Made by a program: the position numbers and the translations under genes. Under the pieces are notes generated by a model. It made no database searches, was not told where the DNA came from, and saw nothing but the letters and a program-made list of their open reading frames with translations. A DNA stretch of 64,000 nucleotides, taken from NCBI GenBank assembly GCA_963827685.1, contig CAWHBU010000004.1, positions 320,001-384,000 of the forward strand. Reading direction: 5' to 3'. The stretch's first letter is position 1, and each line of letters starts with the position of its first letter. Positions 50,210 through 63,153 of this stretch are shown here, piece by piece. This DNA is from an uncultured delta proteobacterium (GTDB lineage Bacteria; Desulfobacterota; BSN033; UBA1163).

Positions 50210-50292
50210 AAAAGAAAGGGGCGATTTCGTCACTTCACCTTGGCAAATTCGGCGACCTTGAGGCGGTTAAGGGCAGGTTAGAAAAATAATAA

Positions 50293-50718
50293 TTAAACTG
50301 GCCCCAGTGGCTTTCGCCGTCTCTTCTCCGCTACCTTCAGTCTGGCTAAAGAGCGGCGCAAGGCAGCCTCAGCCGTGGCGGCCTCTGCGCTCAGGGGCGC
50401 GGCCTTCATCGTTTCTTGAGCACGTCTCTTGGCTTCCTCAGCGCGAACAGTATCAATTTCATCAACCCGTTCACAGGCATCAGCCAGGATAATCACTTTA
50501 TCAGGACGCACTTCAAGAAAGCCGCCGCTGATAACAAGATATTCTTCTTCCTTATCCTTTCTGATCATTAAATCCCCGGGCTGAAGCATGGTCATCAAAG
50601 GGGCATGATGGGGAAGGATACCCAACTGTCCCTCCACACCCCAGGCAACTAACGCACTCACATCATCAGAGAAAACCATTTTCTCTGCAGTGACGATTTC
50701 TAATCTGAACGTTGCCAC
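50293..50718 (-). CDS. atpC: F1F0 ATP synthase epsilon
   Basis: LEIVTAE, GQLGILPHHAP, SGGFLEV. Confidence 0.96.
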   Translation of the reverse strand: MATFRLEIVTAEKMVFSDDVSALVAWGVEGQLGILPHHAPLMTMLQPGDLMIRKDKEEEYLVISGGFLEVRPDKVIILADACERVDEIDTVRAEEAKRRAQETMKAAPLSAEAATAEAALRRSLARLKVAEKRRRKPLGPV

Positions 50719-50720
50719 AA

Positions 50721-52996
<2,276 letters not shown>

Positions 52997-53006
52997 GATG
53001 GAGCTC

Positions 53007-54521
53007 TCAGCTAGGTGCTGCCTGCTTCTTAAAATCTGTTATGGCTGTCTTTAAAAGATTTTCAGTTTCGGGTTTAATCTCGTTATCCGTATTGATTTTT
53101 TTCTGTATTTCAGGATGATTGGTCTCCATAAAGCGGTGGAAGTTCTCTTCCCAGGAGATCACCTTTTCTACCGTCACATCATCAAGATAACCATTGGTGA
53201 CAGCATAAAGAATGCTCGCCTGCTTTCCCAGCGACATCGGGGATTGCGTAGGCTGCTTCAATATTTCAGTAATGCGCCGACCTCGCTCAAGCTGGTCCCT
53301 GGTCGCTTTATCTAATTCCTCACTCCCAAACTTGGCAAAGGCTTCCAACTCGCGAAATTGGGCTAACTCCAATCTAAGCCTACCAGCTACCTGTCTCATC
53401 GCTTTCCTTTGAGCTGAACCACCTACACGGGAGACAGATAATCCCACATTGATCGCCGGACGAATCCCAGCATTGAATAAATCGGGTTCGAGATAAATCT
53501 GCCCATCCGTGATGGAAATGACATTGGTCGGGATGTAAGCTGAAATATCTCCAAGTTGCGTCTCAATGATAGGCAAAGCAGTCAGCGAACCGCCACCGTG
53601 TTCTGGAGCTAATTTGGCGGCCCTCTCGAGAAGGCGGCTATGGAGGTAAAAAATATCTCCAGGATAAGCCTCTCTCCCCGGCGGACGGCGTAACAACAGG
53701 GAAAGCTGGCGGTAAGCCCAGGCATGCTTATAAAGATCGTCATAAAGGATTAAAGCGTCTTTCCCCTGCTCCATAACCTCCTCACCCATCGCACAGCCTG
53801 CATAGGGGGCGATATATTGGAGCGGAGCGGGGTCAGAGGAATCTGCTGCTACGATGATCGTATATTCCATCGCTCCGAACTTCTCCAAAGTCGCTATAGC
53901 CTGAGCCACTTTGGATGTTTTCTGGCCTATGGCGACATAGATGCAAATCAGATTTTGACCCTTCTGAGCGATGATGCTGTCAAGGACAATGGCCGACTTG
54001 CCGGTAAAACGGTCACCGATAATAAGCTCACGCTGGCCCCGGCCAATAGGGATCATACTATCGATTGCCTTAATCCCCGTCATGACGGGTGTATTGACCG
54101 GTGCTCTCTTTGTTACGTCTGGTGCCACTCTCTCTACGGGACGAGTCTTCTCAGCCTTAATGGGTCCCTTACCGTCGAGGGGACGCCCCAGAGGGTCAAC
54201 CACCCTTCCTATGAGAGCGGCTCCAACAGGAACCTCGATGACTCTTCCTGTCGCTTTTACCTCATCCCCCTCTTTGATCTTACTGCAATCGCCGAGGACA
54301 ACAGCACCAACATTATCCTCCTCCAGGTTCAAAGCGAGGCCAGTAATATCATGGGGGAATTGAAGTAATTCATTGTAAGCTGCTTCTCCTAACCCGTGGA
54401 TGCGGGCGATACCATCTCCTACTTCGATCACGGTCCCCACATTCGTTACGGAAACAGCAGCACCGAAACGCTCAATCTGCTCTTTGATTACAGCAACAAT
54501 ATCCTGTTCCCGGGTTGCCAT
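53007..54521 (-). CDS. atpA: F1F0 ATP synthase alpha
   Basis: [24 protein letters not shown]. Confidence 0.98.
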   Translation of the reverse strand: MATREQDIVAVIKEQIERFGAAVSVTNVGTVIEVGDGIARIHGLGEAAYNELLQFPHDITGLALNLEEDNVGAVVLGDCSKIKEGDEVKATGRVIEVPVGAALIGRVVDPLGRPLDGKGPIKAEKTRPVERVAPDVTKRAPVNTPVMTGIKAIDSMIPIGRGQRELIIGDRFTGKSAIVLDSIIAQKGQNLICIYVAIGQKTSKVAQAIATLEKFGAMEYTIIVAADSSDPAPLQYIAPYAGCAMGEEVMEQGKDALILYDDLYKHAWAYRQLSLLLRRPPGREAYPGDIFYLHSRLLERAAKLAPEHGGGSLTALPIIETQLGDISAYIPTNVISITDGQIYLEPDLFNAGIRPAINVGLSVSRVGGSAQRKAMRQVAGRLRLELAQFRELEAFAKFGSEELDKATRDQLERGRRITEILKQPTQSPMSLGKQASILYAVTNGYLDDVTVEKVISWEENFHRFMETNHPEIQKKINTDNEIKPETENLLKTAITDFKKQAAPS

Positions 54522-54553
54522 CTTAACCCCTCTCTTCTAAATTCGTCGATACC

Positions 54554-55093
54554 TTATCTACCCGCTTCAACCAAACTTTTCCTCAAGGTTTCTAATCTCT
54601 GGCGTATGCTGCCATCGATCAGCGTATCACCAATCCGGGCGATGAATCCCCCGATGATGGAAGGATCGACTTGAGCGTCAATGACTACTTTATGCTCGAC
54701 AATTTCTCCTAGTCGGCGGGAAATTGCCTCCCGATCTTCGTCAATCAAAGGCATTGCTGCGATCACTTCGGCATGTTCAATACCGCGATGAAAATCCAGC
54801 AGTTCGTTATACTGTCGTGATATATCGTTGGCGAGCTTCAATCTACCTTTACTCGTCAGAAGAAGAGCCAGGTTAAAACCCAGCGGGTTTATCTCGCCCA
54901 ATCCCTTTTGCAGAAGACTTCTCTTAGCAGCGAAGGGAAGCCGAGGGTTCTGCAGCAAAGCCAGGAATTCTTCATTGGTCGCCAAATCGGCAATTTTCTT
55001 CAAGCCTTTTTGCCAACTCTCCGATTCATTTCTTTCGAGAGCCAGCTCAAAAGCAGCCTGGGCATAGCGTTTACCGGAACTTTTTCTAGGCAT
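54554..55093 (-). CDS. atpH: F1F0 ATP synthase delta
   Basis: KRYAQAAF, VDPSIIGG, IDGSI. Confidence 0.94.
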   Translation of the reverse strand: MPRKSSGKRYAQAAFELALERNESESWQKGLKKIADLATNEEFLALLQNPRLPFAAKRSLLQKGLGEINPLGFNLALLLTSKGRLKLANDISRQYNELLDFHRGIEHAEVIAAMPLIDEDREAISRRLGEIVEHKVVIDAQVDPSIIGGFIARIGDTLIDGSIRQRLETLRKSLVEAGR

Positions 55094-55101
55094 CTCTCAA
55101 G

Positions 55102-55611
55102 TCAACTTTTCTTGAAAGTAACACTTTCCCGAAGTGTCTCCTCAATCAGCTTACGATGTTTCTCTTTATCCAGGGTCTCTTTGATCACTTTTTCAGCCGC
55201 CGATATGGAAATGTCTACAAACTCCCGGCGCAGATCCCCAACGATTTTATCGCGCTCTGCCTCTAACTCAGCTCGAGTTCGGTAAACGATAGCCTGCGCC
55301 TGTTTTTGCGCCTCCTGTCTCGAGTCTTCTTTCAGTCTTTCTCCGACTTGCATCGCTTGGGTGAGGATGGCTTGTGCTTCTTGGCGCCCCTTCTCGATCT
55401 GTTTTTGCACCTCTACCTTGGCTTGCTCAAATTCTTTCTTTGTTGCCTCAGCCAGTTCCATTGCGTCCTTTGTCCTTTTCGCTCTCTCGTCAAGCATCTT
55501 CATCACCGGTTTGTACAAGAAGAGGCGTAATAGAACAAAGAGGACAATGAAATTGATAACAAAAGCGACCAACAGTGGTAAATTAACACCTAGACTGGCG
55601 AAGCCTCCCAT
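55102..55611 (-). CDS. atpF: F1F0 ATP synthase subunit b
   Basis: INFIVLFVLLRLFLYKPV followed by coiled coil. Confidence 0.94.
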   Translation of the reverse strand: MGGFASLGVNLPLLVAFVINFIVLFVLLRLFLYKPVMKMLDERAKRTKDAMELAEATKKEFEQAKVEVQKQIEKGRQEAQAILTQAMQVGERLKEDSRQEAQKQAQAIVYRTRAELEAERDKIVGDLRREFVDISISAAEKVIKETLDKEKHRKLIEETLRESVTFKKS

Positions 55612-55643
55612 GTTGCCCCCTTCAACTTTGTATTAATAGCAGA

Positions 55644-55757
55644 CTAAACTCCTGGTCGCAGGACCAAAAACATAGCTAGCCCAGCGAGAGAGAATACTGC
55701 TATGATTATGGCAATAATAATTGCTGCTAAACTTGCGGGTAATCCTCCCTCTCCCAT
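55644..55757 (-). CDS. 37-aa single-pass membrane protein inside the atp operon
   Basis: AGGAGGT RBS; MGEGGLPASLAAIIIAIIIAVFSLAGLAMFLVLRPGV*; below the ORF-track cutoff. Confidence 0.65.
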   Translation of the reverse strand: MGEGGLPASLAAIIIAIIIAVFSLAGLAMFLVLRPGV

Positions 55758-55768
55758 CGTACACCTCC

Positions 55769-56002
<234 letters not shown>

Positions 56003-56024
56003 TTATAACCCTCCTTTCCTCTTT

Positions 56025-56969
56025 TTATTCTGATTCTTCATGCGGAGATACAGCAATCGTGCCAAATACAAGGGTTAAACCGGAAAAGATAAGAGCTTGG
56101 ATAAGACCAATCAGTAATTCCAACCCATAAAAGGGGATGGTGAATACGAGAGGAATAAGAAAACAGGATACTAAGATCAATATCTCACCGGCAGTCATAT
56201 TGCCAAAGAGACGGAAGGTGAAACTGAGCATGCGGATGAGATGGCTGAATATCTCTAATACACCGACGAATAAACTGATGAACCCGAAAGCAATGTTCAT
56301 CACGGCCTGGCCTATCTTGCCTGTAAATAACTCTTTAAGCCCTTGTACCATCTGGCGGACATTGATGAACTCGCCGATGTAATGAGAAGCTCCCAAGGCC
56401 CTCATTCCCCAGCTTTCAACGAAGATGAAGGACATAATGGCGATGGAAAGGGGGACGTTCACGTCCGTGTTGGCTGCACGAAATAAAGGTGCAAATTTGC
56501 CATCATGCTCGATGACCCCTATGGAGCCAAAAAAGGGGAAGAGGGCCAGGTAAGCGTTGGATATAACGTAGATGAAGATCGTGGCCACTCCAGGGAAGAG
56601 CATCCTGGCATGTTTTTTACCGGCTACGCTTTCAACGAAGTTCAACAATCCTTCTACGATCGCTTCTGCCATAGCTTGACGTTTGCCAGGAATAAGTTTC
56701 ATCTTGCGGGTAAGGAGGATAGACAAACCTACCAGTACGATCATAGTAAGCCAAGAAGCAATGAGAGTGTTCGTCACAGCGAAGTGACCGATATGAACGA
56801 CTGGCTCCGAAGGAAGCTCAACAGTTGGCCTGGGGACTTGGAAGATGGCAGGGGGTTTCATCCCCAAAAAACTGGATCCGAGAGGGCCAAAAACCAAGCC
56901 AACGCCAAAGAGAACTAGAACTGGGATAAAGAAAAAGACCAAGATTTTGAGGCGACCACTAAGCTTCAT
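56025..56969 (-). CDS. atpB: F1F0 ATP synthase subunit a
   Basis: SFTFRLFGNMTAGE, IQALIF. Confidence 0.96.
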   Translation of the reverse strand: MKLSGRLKILVFFFIPVLVLFGVGLVFGPLGSSFLGMKPPAIFQVPRPTVELPSEPVVHIGHFAVTNTLIASWLTMIVLVGLSILLTRKMKLIPGKRQAMAEAIVEGLLNFVESVAGKKHARMLFPGVATIFIYVISNAYLALFPFFGSIGVIEHDGKFAPLFRAANTDVNVPLSIAIMSFIFVESWGMRALGASHYIGEFINVRQMVQGLKELFTGKIGQAVMNIAFGFISLFVGVLEIFSHLIRMLSFTFRLFGNMTAGEILILVSCFLIPLVFTIPFYGLELLIGLIQALIFSGLTLVFGTIAVSPHEESE

Positions 56970-57205
56970 TTCTTATTTTTTCTCTGTTCTTCTTGCTCAG
57001 CCTGATAGCGGATGAGCATGCGAAATAAACCAAAGAAAGCAATGACTGTCCCAACACCAAGACCGATAAAAGTAAATAAGGGACGCTTATTAAAAACCGC
57101 AGGACGATCCAGCCAATAGCCAATCCCCACTGGGATGAGCAGGCTCAATGCCACATACCAACCCACTGTAAGTAAGAATTGAAGTGGTCTTACCCACTCT
57201 TTCAG
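56966..57205 (-). CDS. atpI: AtpI/AtpZ family protein, probable CTG start
   Basis: GIGYWLD...PLFTFIGLGVG; AGGAGG 5 nt before an in-frame CTG. Confidence 0.8.
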   Translation of the reverse strand: MKEWVRPLQFLLTVGWYVALSLLIPVGIGYWLDRPAVFNKRPLFTFIGLGVGTVIAFFGLFRMLIRYQAEQEEQRKNKK

Positions 57206-57355
57206 AGGACCCTCCTGGTGGGATGAGGCGGATAGAAATTTGCTCTCTTTTCACATGAGCACTGATATAAAAGGATTAATATCATCGAGCAATTAATTGT
57301 GAATTAGTTAACATATAACAAAAAGGTTGTCAATAATTTTTTTTATTTAGTGATT

Positions 57356-57802
57356 TCAACTAGATAATGGATTATCTTTTTTTTGGGAGGAGAGGCCAAG
57401 ATTATCCTCTTTCTTATCAGGAGAACCCTTCATCTTACAATGGCCTTCAAGGATTCCACCCTCATTAATGATAAGGATCGGGGTGGATAGGGTTCCCAAG
57501 ACTTTACCTGTGGAATGGATTTCCACCCGTGCCTTGGCAATGACATCCCCTTCCACCAAGCCGTTGATGATGATCGTATTGAGTACAATCTTCCCTTTGA
57601 CGATCGCTGTTTCACCCACGATTAATGTTCCGCTTTCGAGGATCTCCCCTTCAAATTTTCCATCCAGACGGAATACGCCTTCAAAGGTCATCTTCCCCTC
57701 AAAGAGGGTCTCCTTTCCCAGATAAGCACTAATTTCCTCCGAGGTGGGTGGAGGGGCGGTGTTGCCACTGCTTTTAGAGAATATCGATTTTCCTCCTGAC
57801 AT
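57356..57802 (-). CDS. Bactofilin (polymer-forming cytoskeletal protein)
   Basis: FEGKMTFEGVFRLDGKFEGEI...LIINEGGILEGHC. Confidence 0.92.
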   Translation of the reverse strand: MSGGKSIFSKSSGNTAPPPTSEEISAYLGKETLFEGKMTFEGVFRLDGKFEGEILESGTLIVGETAIVKGKIVLNTIIINGLVEGDVIAKARVEIHSTGKVLGTLSTPILIINEGGILEGHCKMKGSPDKKEDNLGLSSQKKDNPLSS

Positions 57803-57820
57803 GGGTCGCTCCTTTCATTA

Positions 57821-57910
57821 ACGCATAGCGCTAAGCGCAGAGCGCATAGCAGAAAGATTTCTTAAAAGTAATAGGTTTTACACTTTGCGCCATGCACTAT
57901 GCTCTATGCG
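57821..57910. repeat. Inverted 7-mer arrays (GCATAGC/GCTATGC)
   Basis: GCATAGC GCTAAGC GCAGAGC GCATAGC ... GCCATGC ACTATGC TCTATGC. Confidence 0.7.
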
Positions 57911-58770
57911 ATTTTTCCAAGGATCGCTTCAACAATCCTTTCCAAATCTTCATGGGAATAGTATTCAATCTCTATCTTTCCTTTTTTATCTTTTGAGGTG
58001 ATAACGACTTTTGTCCCCAAATATTTCCTCAAAGAATCCTGCAAGCTGCCAAGTTGGCTTTCCAAGTCACTTCTTTTTTTGACCGGAGTGATTGACTTCT
58101 TAGGTTTCTCTGACCATCGTCTCGCGATGACTTCAGCCTCTCTCACCGAAAGGCCCTTCTTGATAATCAGGCTACAGAGTTCCTTCTGCTTCTCCTTGTT
58201 CTCGAGGCTGAGGATGGCTCTGGCATGTCCAGAAGTGATGCGATTTTGCAGGAGTTGATTTCTTACTTCCAATGGGAGCTTTAAAAGGCGCAGGGTATTG
58301 GTGATGGTCGTTCGATCCTTGCCCAACCGTTTACTCAGATCCTCTTGGCTGATATCGAACTCTGCTATCAAATGTTTGAAAGCCTCAGCTGCCTCAATCG
58401 GGTTGAGGTCCTCCCTCTGAAGGTTTTCAATGAGAGAGATTTCCAAAGCCTCTCTCCCTTCGACCTCTTTTACTAATGCGGGAACTTCTTTCAGCCCTGC
58501 CTTTTGAGCAGCTCGCCAGCGACGTTCTCCAACGATGAGTTCATAACCCTGATCAGTCCTCCGTACGATGAGAGGTTCCAGAATGCCTTTCTCTTTGATA
58601 GACTCTGCCAATTCTTGAATTTTTGATTCGTCAAAATGCTTTCTGGGCTGAGATCGATTGGGGATGATCTCCTCAATGCCGCAATAGAAGAGTGTTTTTG
58701 GTTCCGCCTGCCCAAATTCTGGGAGAAGCGCTCCCAAACCCTTTCCTAAAGCCATTCTCTTAGTTGTCAT
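57904..58770 (-). CDS. parB: Chromosome partitioning protein ParB/Spo0J
   Basis: LGKGLGALL, QPRKHF, GERRWRAA, ENLQREDL. Confidence 0.96.
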   Translation of the reverse strand: MTTKRMALGKGLGALLPEFGQAEPKTLFYCGIEEIIPNRSQPRKHFDESKIQELAESIKEKGILEPLIVRRTDQGYELIVGERRWRAAQKAGLKEVPALVKEVEGREALEISLIENLQREDLNPIEAAEAFKHLIAEFDISQEDLSKRLGKDRTTITNTLRLLKLPLEVRNQLLQNRITSGHARAILSLENKEKQKELCSLIIKKGLSVREAEVIARRWSEKPKKSITPVKKRSDLESQLGSLQDSLRKYLGTKVVITSKDKKGKIEIEYYSHEDLERIVEAILGKIA

Positions 58771-59539
58771 CGATTTTTCCATTTATCATGATTTCTCTGG
58801 CTAGGTTCAAATAACTTTCCGCACCCTTTGAATGAATATCGTACAAGAGGACAGGTTTCCCATAGCTGGGAGCTTCGCTCAGTCGGATATTTCGCGGGAT
58901 GATTGTCGTGAATACCTTGTCTCTGAAATGATTTCTCACTTCTTCGGCAACTTGGTGAGAAAGGTTATTCCGGCTGTCGAACATGGTGAGCAGAATTCCC
59001 TCAATCTCCAATTTTGGATTGAGAGACTGTTTAATCAAGCGTATCGTCTTCAGAAGTTGACCCAACCCTTCCAGGGCGTAGTATTCACACTGCAAAGGAA
59101 TGATGACGGAGTGGGCGGCTGTCAGGGAGTTAATGGTCAGCAGGCCCAATGAAGGAGGGCAATCAATAAAAATATAATCGTAGTCGGCCTCGACTTCTTT
59201 AATCAGGTTCTCCAACTTTTTCTCGCGATCTTTTTCCTGGATCAGTTCTACTTCTGCACCGATCAAATCAGTATTGGAAATAACCACATCCAAGTAAGCA
59301 AGGGAGGTCTTTTGGATCATTCCCTTCAGACCCGAACCTCGAAGCAGGGCCTGATAGATGGTTCCGTTGGCCCCTTCTTTGTTGAGACCGACGCCACTCG
59401 TTGAATTTCCCTGGGGGTCAATGTCGATGAGGAGAACTTTTCTCTCTGCGGCAGCGATGGAGGCGGTAAGATTGACTGCCGTTGTTGTTTTCCCCACCCC
59501 TCCTTTTTGATTGGCAATACAGATGACTCTTGCCACCAT
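58760..59539 (-). CDS. parA: Chromosome partitioning ATPase ParA/Soj
   Basis: NQKGGVGKTTT, DCPPSLG, LSEAPSYG. Confidence 0.96.
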   Translation of the reverse strand: MVARVICIANQKGGVGKTTTAVNLTASIAAAERKVLLIDIDPQGNSTSGVGLNKEGANGTIYQALLRGSGLKGMIQKTSLAYLDVVISNTDLIGAEVELIQEKDREKKLENLIKEVEADYDYIFIDCPPSLGLLTINSLTAAHSVIIPLQCEYYALEGLGQLLKTIRLIKQSLNPKLEIEGILLTMFDSRNNLSHQVAEEVRNHFRDKVFTTIIPRNIRLSEAPSYGKPVLLYDIHSKGAESYLNLAREIMINGKIDDN

Positions 59540-59550
59540 CGCAAATCCTA

Positions 59551-59706
59551 TGGAACGTTGGCGTATTGGAATAATGGAATAGTGTCTAAGATCTCAAGAA
59601 TGCCTATGTCGATTTCCAGCATCGCTCTAAGTTAAACCAATAATCCCTAAGACCGAACCAGACCCGATATTCGGTTATTGCACTATTCCACTACGCCATT
59701 ATTCTG
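59551..59706. repeat. Inverted 8-mer arrays (TGGAATAN/CATTATTC-like)
   Basis: TGGAACGT TGGCGTAT TGGAATAA TGGAATAG ... CACTATTC CACTACGC CATTATTC. Confidence 0.65.
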
Positions 59707-59751
59707 ATTGTTGTTTATAGCATAAAAAAGGGATGAATGAAAAGGTAAAAA

Positions 59752-60408
59752 TCATATCTTTTCAAACAGGAGAATTGTTCTTTTGAATGAACTGAAAGGA
59801 AGGATCAGGGGGACGGCCTTTTTCAATCGGTATCGGGTTCCTTCTGTTTCAGTGAGAAGTCTAATTTCTTTATCATCCACCTCACCTTTCATGGCTATGA
59901 CTGTTCCTTCTTCTTTTAAGAAAGGCAAACTCAGGACGAGAAAGGTTCGAAGATCGGAAAAAGCTCTTGAGAGGACGATATCAAATCTTCTTCCCAAGCT
60001 CTGGAGGATTCCCTTATCTTGAACACGGCCATGAATCGCTTCCGTTCCTTTTAAACCGAGCATTCGGATGATGTGTCTTTGGAAATCGACTTTTTTACGA
60101 ACAGAGTCAATCAAAGTCATCTCAAGGGTGGGTTGCACGATTTTTAGGGGAATGCCGGGGAAGCCTGCCCCTGACCCAATGTCCAAGATAGAGGAATGTT
60201 TGGGGAGATAAGGGTTGACAGAGAGGGAATCGAGAAAATGTTTTAGAACAATTCCTTTCTCTGATCGGACGCCAGTGAGATTGATCTTTTGATTCCATTT
60301 GAGGAGTTCTTTAAGGTAGAGATCGAAGGCTCCAATCGCTTTTCCATCTAAATAAATTCCGAAAGCCTTTGCCCCTTCTATAAGAAGATTTTTGTTTTCG
60401 GCCTCCAT
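59752..60408 (-). CDS. rsmG: 16S rRNA m7G527 methyltransferase
   Basis: WNQKINLT, HFLDS, DIGSGAGFPGIPL, SRAF. Confidence 0.95.
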   Translation of the reverse strand: MEAENKNLLIEGAKAFGIYLDGKAIGAFDLYLKELLKWNQKINLTGVRSEKGIVLKHFLDSLSVNPYLPKHSSILDIGSGAGFPGIPLKIVQPTLEMTLIDSVRKKVDFQRHIIRMLGLKGTEAIHGRVQDKGILQSLGRRFDIVLSRAFSDLRTFLVLSLPFLKEEGTVIAMKGEVDDKEIRLLTETEGTRYRLKKAVPLILPFSSFKRTILLFEKI

Positions 60409-60561
60409 TGAAAAACACATATCATAAAAACGCCTCTTTGGCTACAATCCGAGCCTCTAAATTTTGCGAATTCTTTCTTATTGATTTGTGAGTACAAATT
60501 TATTAAAGTTTTATTACTAAACATAGTCAACCTCAATGGATGAGGGGGAGAAAGGAGTGCC

Positions 60562-61278
60562 ATGATGATCGGTCAAATATTGATAGTGAGTATGGTTATC
60601 TTGCTCACCGCATTACCCGCGTCAGCCCAGTTGGACAGAATGTTCAGAGGCCTCGGAGGTGGTGAGAAGAGCGGACTGAGCGATGCAAAGATCGGTTCTG
60701 GTCTGAAAGAAGCGTTGCAGATAGGGACTGAAAACGCTGTCAATTTCACCGGAAAGAAAGATGGATACTTTATGAATCAGGTGATCAAGATTCTGATGCC
60801 AGAAAAACTGAGGACTTTTGAAAAAGGTTTGAGGGCTGTAGGCTATGGCCCGGAGGTGGATGAGTTCGTTCTGAGCATGAATCGCGCCGCCGAGAAAGCA
60901 GCTCCGTTTGCCAAACAAATCTTCTGGGATGCTATTGGAGAGATGACTTTTGATGACGTAAAAAAAATCCTTTCGGGCAATGATACCGCAGCTACCGATT
61001 ATTTCAAAGGTAGAACCACCAATAGACTCACAGACGTATTCAAACCAACCGTCGACAAGGCGATGAATGAGGTTGGTGTAACCCGGCAATACAAGGAGCT
61101 GGTAGGACGCTATGAGAACATCCCCTTTGTCAAGAAGGAAAGTTTTGACCTCGACCACTATGTCGTGACCAAGGCGCTTGATGGGTTGTTCCATATGGTG
61201 GGCGAGGAGGAGAAGAAGATCCGTAAAAATCCAGCCGCACGGACCACCGAACTCCTGAAAGAGGTTTTTGGGAAGTAA
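60562..61278 (+). CDS. DUF4197 family exported protein
   Basis: [27 protein letters not shown]...EEKKIR.NP. Confidence 0.88.
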   Translation: MMIGQILIVSMVILLTALPASAQLDRMFRGLGGGEKSGLSDAKIGSGLKEALQIGTENAVNFTGKKDGYFMNQVIKILMPEKLRTFEKGLRAVGYGPEVDEFVLSMNRAAEKAAPFAKQIFWDAIGEMTFDDVKKILSGNDTAATDYFKGRTTNRLTDVFKPTVDKAMNEVGVTRQYKELVGRYENIPFVKKESFDLDHYVVTKALDGLFHMVGEEEKKIRKNPAARTTELLKEVFGK

Positions 61279-61312
61279 ATCGCAATATCTTGAAGCCAAC
61301 AAACAGAAAGTA

Positions 61313-61350
61313 TAAAGGGACGGGGATCTTCCCCGCCCCTTTTTTATTTT
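61313..61350 (+). terminator. Intrinsic terminator
   Basis: AAAGGGACGGGGA-TCT-TCCCCGCCCCTTTTTTATTT. Confidence 0.65.
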
Positions 61351-61540
61351 TCCAACCATTTCTTTTTTTGACCGCTAAAGCGCTTTTCTGTTACAATGCC
61401 CCCCATGCACCACGTCATGAACCACGTGGGGTTCATGATTAGTCCTGAACTCAACGAAGTTCAGGACAGGGTGCAAGGCTGCCCTGAACATTATATGATT
61501 TAGGGCCTGCCTTTCCAACCAAGGCAGAATGGAGCGTTTT

Positions 61541-62905
61541 ATGACCAAAGCCAAGACACATTTTGTATGTCAGTCCTGCGGATACCAAGCTCCAAAATGG
61601 TTGGGAAGGTGTCCGGGATGCCAGGAATGGAACACTTTCGTTGAAGAGCGAGTCATTGAAGAAAAGGTTCCGGAACGGGACCTCCTCGGTTTTGAAAGCG
61701 AGGCTGTTCCGACTCCTCTCACCGAAATTGTGGGTGAAGAGAGAGGAAGATTTCAGAGCGGGATTGAAGAATTTGACCGGGTCTTGGGAGGAGGGATCGT
61801 TTTTGGGTCGGTGATTTTGGTCGGAGGCGATCCAGGTATTGGGAAGTCCACCCTTCTTCTTCAGGTGATGAACCGCTTAGCATCAAAGGGGAAAAAAGTC
61901 CTTTACATCTCAGGAGAAGAATCCCTCCAGCAGACCAAGATGAGGGCAGATCGGTTAGGCGTTTCTTCAGAACACCTCCTTGTAGCCTCAGAGACATCTT
62001 TAGAAAAAATTCTCCAAGACATCCAAGCGCTCAGGCCTTCGACTGTGGTGGTCGATTCCATTCAGACGATTTATTCCTCCGAACTTCCTTCAACACCCGG
62101 ATCGATCAGTCAGGTCAGGGAGGCGTCGAGCCGGTTGCTCTATCTGGCGAAGCATCTCTCCATTCCCATCTTTCTTGTCGGTCATGTGACCAAGGAGGGT
62201 TTTATTGCAGGGCCAAAAGTTTTGGAGCACATGGTCGATACAGTTCTTTACATCGAAGGGGAATCCACTCACGCTTTTCGCATCTTGAGGGCGGTCAAGA
62301 ATCGTTTTGGTTCCACCAATGAGATCGGAGTCTTTGAGATGAAGGATTCTGGATTGGTGGAAGTCACAAGCCCTTCTGAGTTCTTCCTTTCTGAGCGGAC
62401 CCAACCCACCTCTGGGTCCGTCGTCGTGCCCAGCCTGGAAGGTTCGAGGCCCATCTTGATTGAGCTTCAAGCCCTGGTCGTTCCCACAAACTTTGGTATG
62501 CCACGGAGAACAGCCGAGGGCGTAGATGCCAACCGCGTATCCCTTCTCGTTGCCGTCATGGAGAAGAGATTAGGGGTTCACCTCAATAATCAGGACATTT
62601 TTCTTAACATCGCTGGGGGAATGAAGGTGGAAGAGCCTGCCGCTGATTTAGGAGTGATCGCTGCCATCGCCTCAAATTTTAAGGATAAAGTGATCGATCC
62701 AGAAATGGTGGTCTTTGGAGAAGTGGGGTTGGGAGGAGAGGTGAGAGGCGTCAACCAATCAGAGGTCAGAGTAAAAGAAGCATCGAGGTTGGGATTTAAA
62801 GGGTGCCTTTTGCCGAAGCAGAATCAAGAAAAGATCAAAGGAGCCAAGGGCATTGAATTGATCGGGGTCAACTCCATTCAGGAAGCGATGAAGGCACTGT
62901 TTTAG
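61541..62905 (+). CDS. radA: DNA repair protein RadA/Sms
   Basis: CQSCG...CPGC zinc finger, GDPGIGKST, KNRFG, Lon-like C-terminus. Confidence 0.97.
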   Translation: MTKAKTHFVCQSCGYQAPKWLGRCPGCQEWNTFVEERVIEEKVPERDLLGFESEAVPTPLTEIVGEERGRFQSGIEEFDRVLGGGIVFGSVILVGGDPGIGKSTLLLQVMNRLASKGKKVLYISGEESLQQTKMRADRLGVSSEHLLVASETSLEKILQDIQALRPSTVVVDSIQTIYSSELPSTPGSISQVREASSRLLYLAKHLSIPIFLVGHVTKEGFIAGPKVLEHMVDTVLYIEGESTHAFRILRAVKNRFGSTNEIGVFEMKDSGLVEVTSPSEFFLSERTQPTSGSVVVPSLEGSRPILIELQALVVPTNFGMPRRTAEGVDANRVSLLVAVMEKRLGVHLNNQDIFLNIAGGMKVEEPAADLGVIAAIASNFKDKVIDPEMVVFGEVGLGGEVRGVNQSEVRVKEASRLGFKGCLLPKQNQEKIKGAKGIELIGVNSIQEAMKALF

Positions 62906-62963
62906 AAGATCCGTGTAAAATTAGCATTGCAAAATGAGCGTTGAAAAATAAGATCAACGACAT

Positions 62964-63108
62964 AAACTTGATGGTTTCTTAAGAAGTCGTCATTCCCGTG
63001 AAAACGGGAATCCAGGGGAAATCTATATAGCTAAAAAGACTGGATTCCTGCCTGCGCAGGAATGGCAGAAAATGGCTTTTTCGGATGTTTTACGAGTCCA
63101 TCAAATTT
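62964..63108. mobile_element. MITE-like element with TIRs enclosing two dRS3-like palindromes
   Basis: AAACTTGATGG...CCATCAAATTT ends; ATTCCC-N8-GGGAAT and ATTCCT-N8-AGGAAT inside. Confidence 0.65.
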
Positions 63109-63153
63109 GATATGACAATTGTTAGTTTTGCAGTCTACAGTGAGGTTTAGGTG

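Noticed and set aside
60420-60560. oriC or parS near rsmG-parA-parB
   Set aside because: AT-rich, but I found no DnaA-box cluster or parS palindrome
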